A stretch of DNA of 64,000 nt from Lama glama (taxonomy: Eukaryota), in NCBI GenBank assembly GCA_028534125.1, contig CM052850.1, forward strand, positions 1,364,001 to 1,428,000. The letters are read 5' to 3'. The translations under genes and the position numbers were made by a program. Below, in pieces: positions 13,665 to 26,547 of this stretch (positions are counted from its first letter, which is position 1; every line of letters starts with the position of its first letter). Under the pieces are notes generated by a model that saw only the letters and a list, made by a program, of their open reading frames with translations, was not told the DNA's origin and did not search any database.

Positions 13665-14570
13665 AGACATACAAATGATCAAAAGGCAAATGAAAAAATG
13701 CTCAATATCACTAATTATCAGAGAAATGCAAATCAAAACTATGATGAGGTATCACCTCACACCAGTCAGAATGGCCATCGTNNNNNNNNNNNNNNNNNNN
13801 NNNNNNNNNNNNNNNNNNNNNNNNNNNNNNNNNNNNNNNNNNNNNNNNNNNNNNNNNNNNNNNNNNNNNNNNNNNNNNNNNNNNNNNNNNNNNNNNNNNN
13901 NNNNNNNNNNNNNNNNNNNNNNNNNNNNNNNNNNNNNNNNNNNNNNNNNNATATATCCAGAAGGAGCCCTACTTCAAAATGACACCTGCACCCCAGTGTT
14001 CATAGCAGGACTGTTTACAATAGCCAAGACATAGAAACAGCCTGAATGTCCATCAACAGATGACTGGATAAAGAAGTTGTGGTATATTTATACAATGGAA
14101 TACTATTCAGCCATAAAAACCAACCACGTAATGCTATTTGCAGCAACATGGATGCTCCTGGAGAATGTCATTCTAAGTGAAGTAAGCCAGAAAGAGGAAG
14201 AAAAATACAATATGAGATCGCTCATGTGTGGAATCTAAAAAAAAAAAAAGGAGAGGAACATAAATACAGGACAGAAATAGACTCATAGACATAGAATACA
14301 AACTTGTGGTTGCCAAGGGGGCAGAGGGTGGGAAGGGACAGACTGAGATTTCAAAATGTAGAATAGATAAACAAGATTATATTGTATAGCACAGGGAAAT
14401 ATATACAAGATCTTGTGGTAGCTCACAGTGGAAAAAAAATATGACAATGAATATATGTATGTTCATGTATAACTGAAAAATTGTGCTCTACACTGGAATT
14501 TGACACAAAATTATAAAATGACTATTACTCAATAAAAAAATGTAAAAAAAAAAAAGAAAATACAAAAAAA
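13665..14570 (+). mobile_element. Young lineage-specific L1, 3' part (disabled ORF2 C-terminus, 3' UTR, poly(A))
   Basis: Translates as [38 protein letters not shown]...YPEG...TCTPVFIAGLFTIAKT* (stop at the conserved W); aataaa and A-tail about 14531-14570; 5' end lost in the 100-N gap. Confidence 0.95.
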
Positions 14571-16734
14571 TAAATAGAGGTTCCCATCTCATGTATATAC
14601 TTTTAGGGCTATAGATGATATTTAAAATAACATTTAGTTCATGGATATATTTACTCTTGAAGATTTAAAATATATACTCAATGACATAGTGTATTAATTC
14701 ATAAACATTGCCTTTCTTCACGTACATTTTGTCGGTTTTATTCAAACTTATCACAAGTGTTTTCAACATCAAGGTCTTTGTCACTGGTGAAGTGAATTTT
14801 CAAATCATCCAATAGTTTTCCAGAACACGGTATCTTTACCTTTGTCTAAGTTGTTTGATACATAGCATACATAGCAGCAACCTGAAGGGCTATCTTTTAA
14901 GCAAAAATTATGCTCACCTAGAAGAAAAATCCAGGCTGTAAGCAAAGTGGGGACAAGACCGGACAATGGGAGGCAGGAGATTATATATGAGCAAACGGAA
15001 GTAGTCCGTAACAACCCTGAGGAAAGAAAGGGCCATCCCATGTATGTGTCTTCCCAAAGTCTTTAATGTTTTGAGGTGCCCTTTCAATTACTTTATTCTG
15101 GACATCAAAATTATACTATTGGGGGGGTTAGATTCCCCTAAAACAATCACAATCTACACCAAGTTTTGATGCTTAGGCAAAACATAGGATAAAATCAGTA
15201 AAAAGCAAGACAGGAAATTTAACACAAGTGTAATAATTATTCCTGGGGATATAAGCTCACGATAGCGAGGGGTTGATGTTATGTATGAGCTTTGTAAAGA
15301 TTGCTTTTTGAAACCAATGTAATTGTTTTGAATATTATTTCATCATAGGTGAAATCATACTATATTTATATAATTATGTATCCTGCCTATTTCATATTAC
15401 TTTTCGATATTACTGCATCAATGTTTAGCACAAAGTTAAAAATTCTTTAACAATAAAAAAGTAGCCATGTAGTATGTAGTCGTTTGTGGAGCTCATGAAT
15501 AGCTAGTAATAGGAAAAACAAATAAATCAGAACTGTTCTGTTATGCAAATTGACATTTGTAGCGGAGGGTAAAACTTTATTACACACAGATGCACAAAGG
15601 GCACTGTAGCGTTAGACCCAGAAGAACACAAAAACTGAAATTCCCTGGTACAGTTCTCCTGGCAGGCACCGTGGGTCTCCCAGTGTCCCTTCCACCCCAG
15701 AGCTACCCTGACACAGTGGCTCGGTGCCCTCCTTCTGTGCTCTCAGCACCCTGGGGGCCTCACCAGTTGGCCTCCTGTGCACCCACTTTCTTGTGTGGCC
15801 CTCTAATTAGACGCTAGGAGTCCTGAAGGCAGACACTGTGTCTTGCTCACTACCTCAGGCCCTGGCCCAAAGCCTGAAGGAATGAATGAACAAGGAAGTG
15901 CCACACAATCCTCTGTGATAAGGAATCATTGTAGTATCTTAAGAGAATTGGTGTAAATTTTCAATGATGCCATACGCAGACATTAATATTTGTTGATTGC
16001 AAATGCATATTAAGATCGTTGCCATCTGCTGCTTAAATGTATGGGTGGCCAAGACTCATACATGAGGTGATGAAGGAGTCCAGGCACTTCCTGAGGTTTA
16101 AATGGGGAGGCTTTTCTGGAAAAAACCCAAAAATCTAGGCTCGGTCTGTTCATTTGTATCACATGACTTTGGTTTTGTGATGGCACCAGGCCACAGCCCT
16201 GTCTTCACGGGGTATGTGCGAGTGTAGCACGTCTGTAGACTGCTAACCTGCTTTGGGTTTTAGTTCAACTAGACCATTGCCTGTCTCCTTCCAAGGCTGT
16301 CTTCCAAAGGTGTGCTTTTAGATTGTTAGATAGCTGGTGAATGGCTTTCCATGAATTTCTGGCATCTGTGGGTTATAGACCATTGCTTCAGCCGACCTTA
16401 ACCATCATTAACACGTTTTCCACACACACACAAGAATATGCGTGCTCCTATTTACCCAGGGGCATTGGTTTTTACAGAATGTTTGTTATGGCTATTCCCT
16501 ACATTGCAACGGTCTTGCTCCCAGTTTATATGCTACATCCTACCTAACACTCTGCTTGGTCATACCTGATGACTAATGGGGCACCAAATACACCACAGAC
16601 ATCGATCTTCAAAGCCTTCCTCACATTTGTGTTACTCTCTCAACCAGGGGTATCAGTGCCTCCTACCTCAAGTCATTGAGAGACACTCACTCTCTGGGTG
16701 AGGATATGAATAGGGAAATTATTTGCAGAGTCCA

Positions 16735-16995
16735 GAGCAGTCAGCATTAGAGCATAATGACACAGAGCTTGGACTCTGAAATCACATGCCTGGTTTGAGT
16801 CTTGGTTCTGCCATTTACCAGTTATGGAATCTGGATCAAGACTCTTATTCTCTCTGTGCCTCAATTCTTTCATCTGTTAAATGGGTATATAATAGTTCCT
16901 ACTCGTGGGGATTCTGTGAGGAGTAATGAGTTAAAATATGTGAAGTGCTTAGAATGGCACCTCACAAAGACTGTTATGTTAAGTTTAGTTATTAC
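16735..16995 (+). mobile_element. MIR SINE, near full length
   Basis: ggactctgaaatcac...ggtttgagtcttggttctgccatttacc...ctctctgtgcctcaattc...aatgagttaaaatatgtgaagtgcttagaa. Confidence 0.9.
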
Positions 16996-17289
16996 CACTT
17001 TACTTTTTTTACACTGAGGTAAAAAAAGCACAGCTATTATTAATACATCTGCTATTGGCTCTGGTTAACTGTAAAGGGACTGACTACCATGATCAGCCCC
17101 AATGGGATGACCCCCTCACTCCCACAGGCAAAGCAGAGGTTAGTTTGGGGTTGGTAAACTGCACCTTCTCTGCTTGCAGAGGTTGGCAGAAGGAAGACCC
17201 AGGGCTTATCCATCTTCTGTCCAGAACAGGGATCATGGGCATACCTATCCCCCTGGTCATCTATATAGTTTATCTCTCTCTCACTTATT

Positions 17290-17900
17290 CTCACAACCAA
17301 TTCTTTGACCCTTCCTAGAGATTGCCTGGTACAGGGCGCCCCATTTCATCTTTGTCTCATTCTCATAATGGTTGGTTCAGGTCCTTTTTCTCTCTCTCCT
17401 GGACCATTGGAAAGCCTCCCCACAGTTGTCTCTACCTCCAGTCCCAACATCCCCATCCAGTTCTCACACTGCAGATCTTTCTAAAACAAATCTCATTGTG
17501 TTTCTTCTCTGCTGGAAACCTTTGATGGCTCCCTATTACCTGCACAATAATGTAAGAAGACACCATTTGGCTTTCAGAACTTCCTACAACACGGCTGGAG
17601 GCTCATTTCCCCACACTCCTTTCTTGTGCACTTTCCACTCCAGCCAGACTGAATCAGTACCTATACCTCTTGCTTCATTCTTTTTCTCAGATATTTCCTT
17701 TTCCAAATTACTTTTCCTGCTACGTCTATCTTTAGAATTCCATCTTTAAAATTTAAGATGAGATATTACTTTTAAAATTACTTTTTCCCTTAGATCCTTC
17801 ATTCTCCACCCCACTATCCCTCCAGTCAGAATTTCATCCTCTCTCATACTCCCATAGTAACTTGTTTATATCTCTGTGATAATGCTTAGCACAGATTGCC
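17290..17900 (+). mobile_element. L2 fragment
   Basis: gatctttctaaaacaaatctcat...aaacctttgatggctccc...ccagccagactgaa. Confidence 0.65.
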
Positions 17901-18014
17901 TTGTGACATTTATTTTTATCTTTACTTATTTCAAAATGCTTTTAGATGACTAACAAAAACATGGTGGTATTTGTCAAAACTCATTGAACAGTATACTTAA
18001 GATGGGTTTATTTT

Positions 18015-18373
18015 TGAAGTAAGCCAGAAAGAGAAAGAAAAATACCATATGAGATCACTCATATGTGAAATCTAAAAAACAAAAACAAAAACAAAACAGA
18101 AACAGACTCATAGACATAGAATACAAACTTGTGGTTGCCAAGTGGGTGGAGGGTGGAAAGGGATAGACAGGATTTCAAAATTGTGGAATAGATAAACAAG
18201 ATGATACTGTATAGCACAGGGAAATACATACAAGATCTTATGGTAGCTCACAGTGAAAAAAAGTGACAATGAATATATATATATGTTCATGTGTAACTGA
18301 AAAATTGTCTCTACACTGGAATTTGATACAACATTGTAAAATGATTATAAATCAATAAAAAATGTTTAAAAAA
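18015..18373 (+). mobile_element. Young L1 3' fragment with perfect 16-bp TSD, inside an older L1M 3' end (about 17965-18430)
   Basis: TSD aagatgggtttatttt at 17999-18014 and 18374-18389; same family as 13665-14570. Confidence 0.95.
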
Positions 18374-19079
18374 AAGATGGGTTTATTTTATTGCCTACAA
18401 ATTATACTCCAATAAAGTTGATTTTAAAAGAAGAATATAGTAAAAGCATATATATATATACAATAAATGAATGAATAAAAATAAACAGATGAGAAAATTG
18501 AGGTGATGGAAAAACAAAATAAATTCAGGGTTAAAATTAGCATAAAAAATGTACACCATAAATTCCTGTGGGCTAAAATTTGTCTCTGAGCAAATTTCCC
18601 AGCAGTCAAAGGAAACAGAGAATTATGACCAGAGAAATAGAGACTTTCCTAGTTCTGAACCCTAAGAAAAATCTTTCCACGGCCCCTATGAAGAGAATGC
18701 CACGGGCTCTTAAAGGACAGCTTTCTCAACAGTAACCCTTTGTTAAACCCAATAAGGAGGTGTTTAGGCCTGTTTCTTGTAATATCTCTTAGTTCAAATT
18801 GCTGGCAGAACGTCAAAATACAGTTAAGAAAACAGCTCCAAAAGGGACTAAAATAGTGCAGATCAAGTGCACAGCTTTCAATGGTTTGGCTAGATAAAAT
18901 AATAAATTTTAAAGTAACTATAGAAATGGATAGGCTGCTTATCCTTAAAGAAATTCTTTGAATTAATATGAATATACCAGGAATATACCTTTTGTTAACA
19001 CTTGGGAATTCAAGGCTATAGCATCTGTGACCAGGTCCTAGCTAGAGTGCAGGTAACTCTGGTTACTGATCAAGGGCAG

Positions 19080-22000
19080 ATCTTTGTTTTTGAAGTTCTG
19101 TTGTTAGGTGCGTACATATTTATGATTGTTATGTCTTGTTGAGTTGACCTCTTTATCATTATGTCTTGTCTCTCTTTATCCCTGAAAATAGTCCTTGGTC
19201 TGAAGTCTATTTTATATGACATTGATTTAGCTACTCCAGCTTCGTTTTGGTTGGTATTTGCATGTATATCTTCCTCTATCCTTTTACTTTTAACCTATTT
19301 TTTATATTAAAAGTGATATTCTGGAAGATAGTATAGAATTGGGTCTTTTTAAAAAATCCAATCTGACAATATCTGTCTTTTTAACCGGTGTGTTTAGACC
19401 ATTCATATTTAAAGTGATTAGTGATATGATTGAATTAAAACTTACCATCTTGCTTCTTGATTTCTATCTGTTCCAGCTGTTCTTTGCTTATGTTTTCTTT
19501 TTCTGTTGTCTCTATGCTTAATTAGAACTTTTTTGCAATTCTATTTTTATCTCCTTTAATGACAAATTATTTACATTAGTGATTGTTCTAAGGTTATAAT
19601 TCATGTTTTAAAATAATCTGAGTCTACCTTAAAATAATATTATCACCACTTCAAGGGAAATGTAAAGACCTCATAACAGTATATTCTCAGCTCCTCCTTC
19701 CCATCCTTTGTGCCATGGTACTTATATTATTTCTCTTTAACCTATGCTACAAGCACATAACACCTTGTCACTCCTTTTGCTTTAAACAGTGAGGTATCTC
19801 TTAGGACAATTACAAATAAGAAAAAAATATTTTCTTTCTTTATTTCTTTATGTAGATTCAAAATTTTTTCCTATATTGTATTTCTTCTGGCTGAAGACTT
19901 TTTTCAACATTTCTTATAAAGCAGGTCTGCTGGTAGTGAATTCCCTAAGTTTTTTGTTTGTCTGAGAAAGTCTTTATTTCTCCCTCACTTTTGAAAGCCA
20001 TTGCTGCTAGGTATAGGATTCAGGATTGATTTTTTTTTTTCCTTTCAGCACTTTAAAAATAGCACTCCATTGTCTTCTTGCTTAAATGGTTCTGATAATA
20101 AGTCTTCTGTAACTCTTAGCATAGATGATGTGTCTTTTTCTCTGGTCACTTTCAAGATTTTTCTCTTTAAGCTTCTTGGGTCTGTTGTGGTTTTGTGTCT
20201 CTCATTAATTTTGGAAAAATCTTTATTGCTGTTTCTCTGAATATTTCTTTTGTTCATTCTCTCTCTTTTTTTTTTTTTTTTTGATGGCTGCTTGGAGTTT
20301 ATTTTCTACTTGGTGCAAGGCACAGGGTTATGAGGTGTCAGGGAGGCTCTCCTGTGGCTTGGGTAGTAAACAGTGGGGTTTTCTCTACTTCCTTTTTGGT
20401 GTTTTGCTGTTTTGATATTAAAGAACCCCACTACTTCCGAGACTGCTGCAGCCTTTGTCTCGGGGAGGGGAGGGAACAGGTGAGGAAGGTGGGGCTCTTA
20501 TGAGCCTAGTGCCTTGGAAGGAAGCCTGGCAGCTGGTGGTGGCCACTCATGATGGGGGCCTAGAGTTGGTTTTGCCAGGCTAGCCTCCAGGCTGCTGTTC
20601 CCCCACAGCTTCCCCAGCCATGTCCCAGGTGATCATGCAGGTGGAGGTCTGGGGTGATTCCCAGTGCTCTGGGGCTCCAGCTCTGTGGCCGTGAATGGGA
20701 GACTGGACTTCCTGAAAAAGAAGCTAGTCCACCAGTGTCCTGATTTGGCTCTGGGGAGACCAGGGTGGTAGGGGATGGCTTCCTCAGTGTCCTCAGCACT
20801 TGCAGGGTCCACAGGAGTGTTCCCAGACGTGGGACCAGGCGGCACCGATAGTAGTCACGGGTGGCTGCTGAAGGGGATGGCTGCCATGCTTGTAGGCTGG
20901 TGGAAACCTCGGCAGTGACCCCTCATGGGCCTCAGTGTACCATCATGGGTGGTGGGAACAGGGGCACTAGGCCATGGAGCCCATTTGCAAAGGAGTCCTC
21001 GGTCAGCTGCTCCACGACCCAGACGTGCAGGGCTGTTCTTTTGTGTGTGTGTTGGGGAGGGGGGCGTGTGCACGTGTGTGTGTGGATTCCAAATACATAT
21101 ATATTTAATACTATGTATTTCATACTGTCTCACATCTCTCAAATTGTCTAGTCTATTATTGCTGTTGTTCACTCTTCTTTCTCTTTGTGTTTCAGTTTGG
21201 TAATTTCTATTGACCTATTTTCCAGTTCACTGATTCAGTGATTATTCCTTCGGCTATGCCAAGTCTACTGATGAGCTCAATGATAACATTCTTTATCTCT
21301 GGTCCTGTACTTATGATTTTTAGCATTTTAAATTAGATTCTTTCTTGTAGTTTTCAACCCTGTGATGAAATTATCTATCTGATCTTCCATGTTGTTTGCT
21401 TTTTCCGTTAGACCCTTTAACACATTTATCATAATTATTTTAAATTCCTAATCTGATAGCTCCAACATCTGTATGCACCAAAGTCTTTGAATTCCTCTAA
21501 TGATAACTTCTGTTTACTGTGTAGACTAATTTATAAGAAGGTTTTTGTCAAAGTCTGTTCTCTGCTTGGCTTTTAGTCTTCCTCCTTGGATCTGAGACTC
21601 CTTTTGCACTACTACTCGGAGAGAATCTGCCTTTTGCAGGTCTCCCAGCTGTCTGTCACTATTAGTTTTACTTGATGCTTTCTAGAGTGGAGAAGATAGG
21701 TGTGGGGAGGGGCCATTCTCTGATGTTCCAATCAAGTCTCCGCTATAGGCAGCACTATTAATCTGGAACTCAGGGTGTGGCTTTCTCAAGTGTTCTTAGC
21801 CCTCCCCCAGATGTAAATGTGTGACCAGAGGCAGAGCCTCACCAGAGGGAGAGCTTTCCCGGTTTGTTCTTTCTCTAACCCCTTCCTTACTCCAGCTTCT
21901 GTAGGTTTCCAGATCATAGTTCTGTGTCCTTCCCGCTGAATATTTCCTTCCTTAGAGAGGAGAAGGGAGATGGACTTTCAGCAGGCTGTTGTTCTCCACC

Positions 22001-22080
22001 CCACAGCCAGCAGCGCGATGGGAGCTTTCTTCCTGATCATTCCTGAAAACCTTTGGTGAGGTTCCTGAAGGAAAAATGCT
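19080..22080 (-). mobile_element. Old L1 (L1M-type) 5'/ORF1/early-ORF2 region, split by the PPDPF retrocopy
   Basis: Antisense L1M motifs (gcaggtctgctggtagtgaattcc; tctgagaaagtctttattt; taatttctattgacctattttccagttcactgatt) resume across the insertion; right boundary uncertain. Confidence 0.7.
20266..21035 (-). pseudogene. PPDPF: Processed pseudogene of PPDPF (pancreatic progenitor cell differentiation and proliferation factor); CDS remnant 20887 to 20547
   Basis: Minus strand reads MAAIPFS / ATRDYYRCRL / SAEDTEEAIPYHPGLPRAKSGHWWTSFFFRKSSLPFTATELE / EHWESPQTST...QQPGG*PGKTNSRPPS*, matching recalled PPDPF (MAAIPSSGSLVATHDYYRRRL...HPGLPKADPGHWWASFFFGKS...GPPS). No introns; AATAAA at 20303-20298; A17 tail at 20282-20266; frameshifts and an internal stop. 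Confidence 0.93.
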
Positions 22081-22564
22081 CAAAGAGAGCCTGATGTTTG
22101 ACAATCAACTGAGCAGAATTGGACTCTTCTTGTGAAAGTTAAGGCCCCCAGTCAGTTCTCAGGCTGAAGATATGGCCACTCTAACGCAGTACAGAGGGGG
22201 CTGCTGGAGCCCCTGTAGACAGGGCCAAGATATTTCTTGGAAAATATCTTCCAAGGCTTGTCTTCACTCTACCCACCCCACTGTCATGCATCTTCAAGAT
22301 CATGAAGTTCAATATGGAGGAACAGCAGACCCCAGGCTTGGATTTCATGAATCAGTAAAATTAAAACAAAAAAATTGGGAGGCTCAGCATCAGGTTCTCA
22401 ACTTTTAATTTTTCTGACCAAAAAGCACCCATTTTCAATCCCATTATTTCAGTATGAAAGGACATTTAATGTCCCCCTCCTCCTCCCAAAGTACAAAGGA
22501 TGTGCTTTTGGAATAGTGAACAGTCCTTTTCCTTGGAATAAATTTAGGCCTATTAAGGCAATGA

Positions 22565-23010
22565 AATTACTCTGTATGATACTATAGTTGTGGCTACATG
22601 TCATTACGCATCTGTCAAAACCCATAGAGTGTACAACATCAAGAGTGAATTCTGAGGAGGGTATAGCTCAGGTGGTAGAGTGCATGCACAAGGTCCTGGA
22701 TTCAATCCCCAGTACCTCCATCAAATAAATAAATAAATGATCCTAATTACCCTTCTCCCCCACCCCCCAAAAAACTAAAAAAATCAAAAAGAGTGAGCCC
22801 TAATGTAAACTGTGGACTTTGGTTGATAATGATGTGCCCATGTTGGTTCATCGATTGCACCAAATACGCCGCACTGAGGAGGGAGGCTGAGGGGAGGGGA
22901 GCATACACGTGTGGGTGGGGAGGGCTACGTGCGAACTCTCTGTATTTTTGCTCAATTCTGTTGTGAACCTGAACCTGCTCTAAAAAAATAAAGTCCATTA
23001 ATTAAAAAAA
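22565..23010 (+). mobile_element. L1MC1/2-like 3' end, interrupted by a SINE
   Basis: actctgtatgatactata...gtcaaaacccatagagtgtacaac...ccctaatgtaaactgtggactttgg...ctctaaaaaaataaagtc. Confidence 0.85.
22654..22788 (+). mobile_element. tRNA-Ala-derived SINE (camelid Vic-1-like) with internal deletion
   Basis: gagggtatagctcaggtggtagag...ttcaatccccagtacctcca plus taaa/cctaattac tail; TSD aagagtgaattct (22641-22653) / aagagtgagccct (22789-22801). Confidence 0.9.
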
Positions 23011-23324
23011 AAAAAAAACACAAAACAGCCAAAAAAAAAAAAAAGCTAAAAAAAATTTAACCCTATTAAAAACTCAAAAAAGTGAACTTAATTTTTTATC
23101 TTTCTCATCATAGATCAATGAATGCCTAGTCAGGGACCAGACAGGCCCTGTACTCATGGGCTTGCTGTAGGGCGTGGCTGCCTGCCCGTGTACTGCGGTC
23201 TTCTATATTTTTGTTGTGACCCCCTGGAAGGCAGGATCATGTCACATTCGCCTTTGTTTTTCTAACTTGACTTTCAAATGTGGCCCACTTAATAGATGTC
23301 GGCTAATAATAATGATGAATATTA

Positions 23325-23452
23325 ATTACTAAATTAACATCATACTATATTACATAAATACATTAATGCTAATTATATATGTGTATATAAGTATGATACT
23401 ATATATATGTATGTGTGTATATATGGATGTTGCCTTATGTATATACATAATA
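23325..23452. repeat. AT-rich low-complexity, degenerate (TATATG)n tract
   Basis: Read directly. Confidence 0.75.
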
Positions 23453-25539
23453 AATGTTAGCTGAACTGAGCTGGCCTCCTGGCGAGTTCTCCCCAGCACG
23501 CCTTACGTCCTCTCCCAGTGCCTCCCCAGGCCTGCCTGGAAGGATGGAAATTGATGTTTATTTTCTTTGATATTAATGGCATTTAGTAAGTGCTCACTTT
23601 GAGAAAGGAATTTCTTTTTAGAGATAAAAGGATAAGTAAGACATGAGTTTTGCTCTTCAGTGGTTTATAATTATTATGTGCACGGGTATTTATAATACTA
23701 AGCAGAGTGTGATCGGTGACCTAATTATGAGTGCCGAGTGCCATGGGCTCTCTGAGGAGGCAGTGTTCACGTGCCCATTTACTCAGAATCCTCTGAGTGG
23801 CTGCTTGGTTCTGTTCTTAGGTGGAGGGAGGGGAACGAGCATGGCTTTGCTTTTGATGGGCAGTAGTAGAGAAATAATGCTCCCAAGTCATAAAGAAATG
23901 ACAGAAGGCCGTGGAAAGAGCATGGCAGTCCAGGAGCTCCGATCTGGGAACAGGGGCTTCTTCCTGGGGATGAGGGGAGCAGAGAAGTAATTAGTGCTGA
24001 CCCGGGATAAAAATGGGAAGGTTTCACAGAGGAAGTAGCACTTGAGTTATCCTTGAGGCTGGGTGGAGCTGGGAGGTATGGGTGTGGGGGAGGGAAGAGC
24101 CTGGGCAAAGGCACGGAGGGAGCATGTGCAGGTGTAGGGAGAGGGTCCGGAGTGGAGGGAGTCGGGGGTGGATGTGCCAGGAGAGCCTGGTCAGAACCAG
24201 GTCGTGCTGGCACAGAGCAGGTGCTTAGCGAAACATTGTCAAATGATTGGCTGAGTAAATGGCAGCACAGACATGTGGGTTGTTGTTAGTTTATTTATCT
24301 GTTTTGGTGGGTAATGGTGAAGACCTTTGAAGAAGAAGGTGGTAGGACAAACGAGAGACAAAGCTGAACATGGGCAGGGATGTGAGTCAGGAAACCAGGG
24401 TGCTCACCCTAGATGGCCTCCCAGCCCCCAGTCCTGGTAGGCCTGATTCAGAAGCCAGGCTGGAATGCTTCCCTCTTTGGAAACGCCTGTGGGTCAATGG
24501 ATGTCAACACTCAGGTTAAATGCAGGGTGTGTTTGGACACACTGGGAACATGAACACGCATTCTACACCTAGGGAGAGAGGAATGGCGCCTCCTCATTGC
24601 ATTGGTGCCAAGGTTAGTGTGGCCCCCAGGAAGGCTCTGGGCAGGCGACCCACAGTGTGACCGACGGCCCTGAAGACTGTTGAAGCCTCCAACCCCTGGG
24701 CTTGGTGATTCTCGTCCTTGCTTCCTACAGGGAAGATGAGAAACCATCTCATGTTTCTCTCTTAGCGCTCCTCATCTACTCGGTATTGACATCAACAGAC
24801 AATGAAATCACAGGATCCAGATTAAGTAAATCTATTTTCCTTGCATGTGGTACAACACAGTTTGAAAATAAAAAAAAAATCAAATGCTCTGAAAGCAAAA
24901 TGAATACAAATTAAGGTCTGAAGAAATCTGTCAGCATCGGAGCATTTTATTTTGCTTTCTTCTCCCCTTTAAATTAAACTAACACCACTTTCCGAAGCTC
25001 AGATGTGAATCACAGCCCCTTCTGGAATGAATGATTATGGCTGTGGCCTAGTTTAAGCAGATGGTCCCCCACAAGTGGCGGGAGAGAGGCTCTTCTCCGG
25101 GAGGTGGGAGGTGCTGAGGCTGCAGCCTGTTGAGGGCAGACTTCCAGGAGTGGCATTGCCCAGGTGAGGATGCCTCAAGCCTGGGGTGTGAAAACAGGCA
25201 CCTGGAGTCTATTTTTCCTTTCGATAAACCCATCATTGTGTTTTTAAAATTTTGTTAATGCTCCTTGTTAAGATTTTTCTGTAGTACTATAGTGTATGAT
25301 TAAGAGTGTGAGCATAGGGTTAGAGGGACCTGGCTCAGGCCCTCATCCCTAAATGTGTGACCTTTTTATTTCCAGTCTCCTTAGAAATTATCTAGCTGTT
25401 AAATTAAAAGGCATTTTTACTTTTTTTTTTCCCAGAAGCAAAACTTTGAAGAGGACAGGGAGCCAAACAATTTTGCAATAATTTCTGAAGTTTAGTCCCA
25501 CTAAAAAGTCTACTTTATTTTGAGGAACCGCAGGGACCT

Positions 25540-26340
25540 GGCTTTCCATCCGCTGCTCTGCACAGGTGGCCCCGCGCGGAACGATGCTTGACTTCCGGCA
25601 GTTGAAGGCCAAGCCTTCCCTGTCTCACTCTCCCGGCCCATCTGGCAGCCGTGCTTGCACTCCCTCGCGCAGTCTCCACCCCCTGGCTTCACTGTTCCCT
25701 TCTCTCCTTGACTTTCTTCCGTGGCTTTCTGTGGTGTGTTTATTTCTCTGCCATCACTGTTTCTGCTTCTGCCTTCTCTCCTTCTTTTCTGTGTCTCTGT
25801 CTTTCTGGTTTGCTGAGAATCTCTCTCTAAGATATTTCACTAGCCAATGTCCGGCAGCCCATTTCCTAGAGAAGTGCGCTCTTCTTTCCGGAGCCCCTTG
25901 CTTGTTTCAGATGTGCCCCTAAAGCCGCCCCTTGCTTCTCCCGAGAAGCAGCCAGAGCGTGCAGAGCTCACTTTTTGTTTCTGCAATACCCTGGATCCTT
26001 GCAAAGGAGAGAAGTTTGGGAAGCATAGCAGCGCCCCCTCTCCTTGCCCTCCAGCTGCGAGCAAATCCCCGCAGAACTCAGAGCACCCGAGTCTCTGGCC
26101 TTTTAACCTTCTTGGATTTACGGTTTCAAGAAGTTTGTCTTATGCCCCAGATGACTGAAAGCTTCACTCAAAATCCCCCTGCCCCCAACTTCAATTTTTT
26201 TTTCTTGTGGACGGCGTGGGGGGAATCCACCCTGAAATATTTATCCGGACAGTTTGCTCTTCCTAAGTAAAAATGCACTCCAAGCACTGTGGTCAGGTGA
26301 CAAGCATTCACTCACTCGGTCACTGACTCAGTGCGCATTT
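25540..26340. promoter_or_regulatory. Candidate CpG-enriched regulatory element
   Basis: Apparently repeat-free, local CpG cluster (ggcccgcgcggaacg, tcgcgc), ETS core acttccgg near 25591, CTCF-like gcagcgccccct near 26028. Confidence 0.35.
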
Positions 26341-26547
26341 ACTGCACCCTCCCCTGTCTGCCCGGCCTGCTGCGAGGCTCTGGGGATCCAGTGAAGATAC
26401 ACACTGGGCTCTGCAAGAGCTGTCTGGCCTGCCTGCTAGCCGAAGGGATGGAGGGTTCGGGCAAGGATATGGCTTTTTACAGCATCAGTGTTACTGTGAG
26501 CCCACCAGTGTCTACCTGTTCTAATTTTCCTATTAAGAGGCAGCACA

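Noticed and set aside
13555-14034. ORFs spanning N-runs (also 26702-27079, 30570-30871, 35891-36369)
   Set aside because: Inflated by translating N as X; they are disabled L1 ORF2 remnants
20633-20845. Functional PPDPF-like CDS
   Set aside because: The frame from the native ATG stops after 10 codons; further frameshifts and an internal TAG; this ORF starts at GTG
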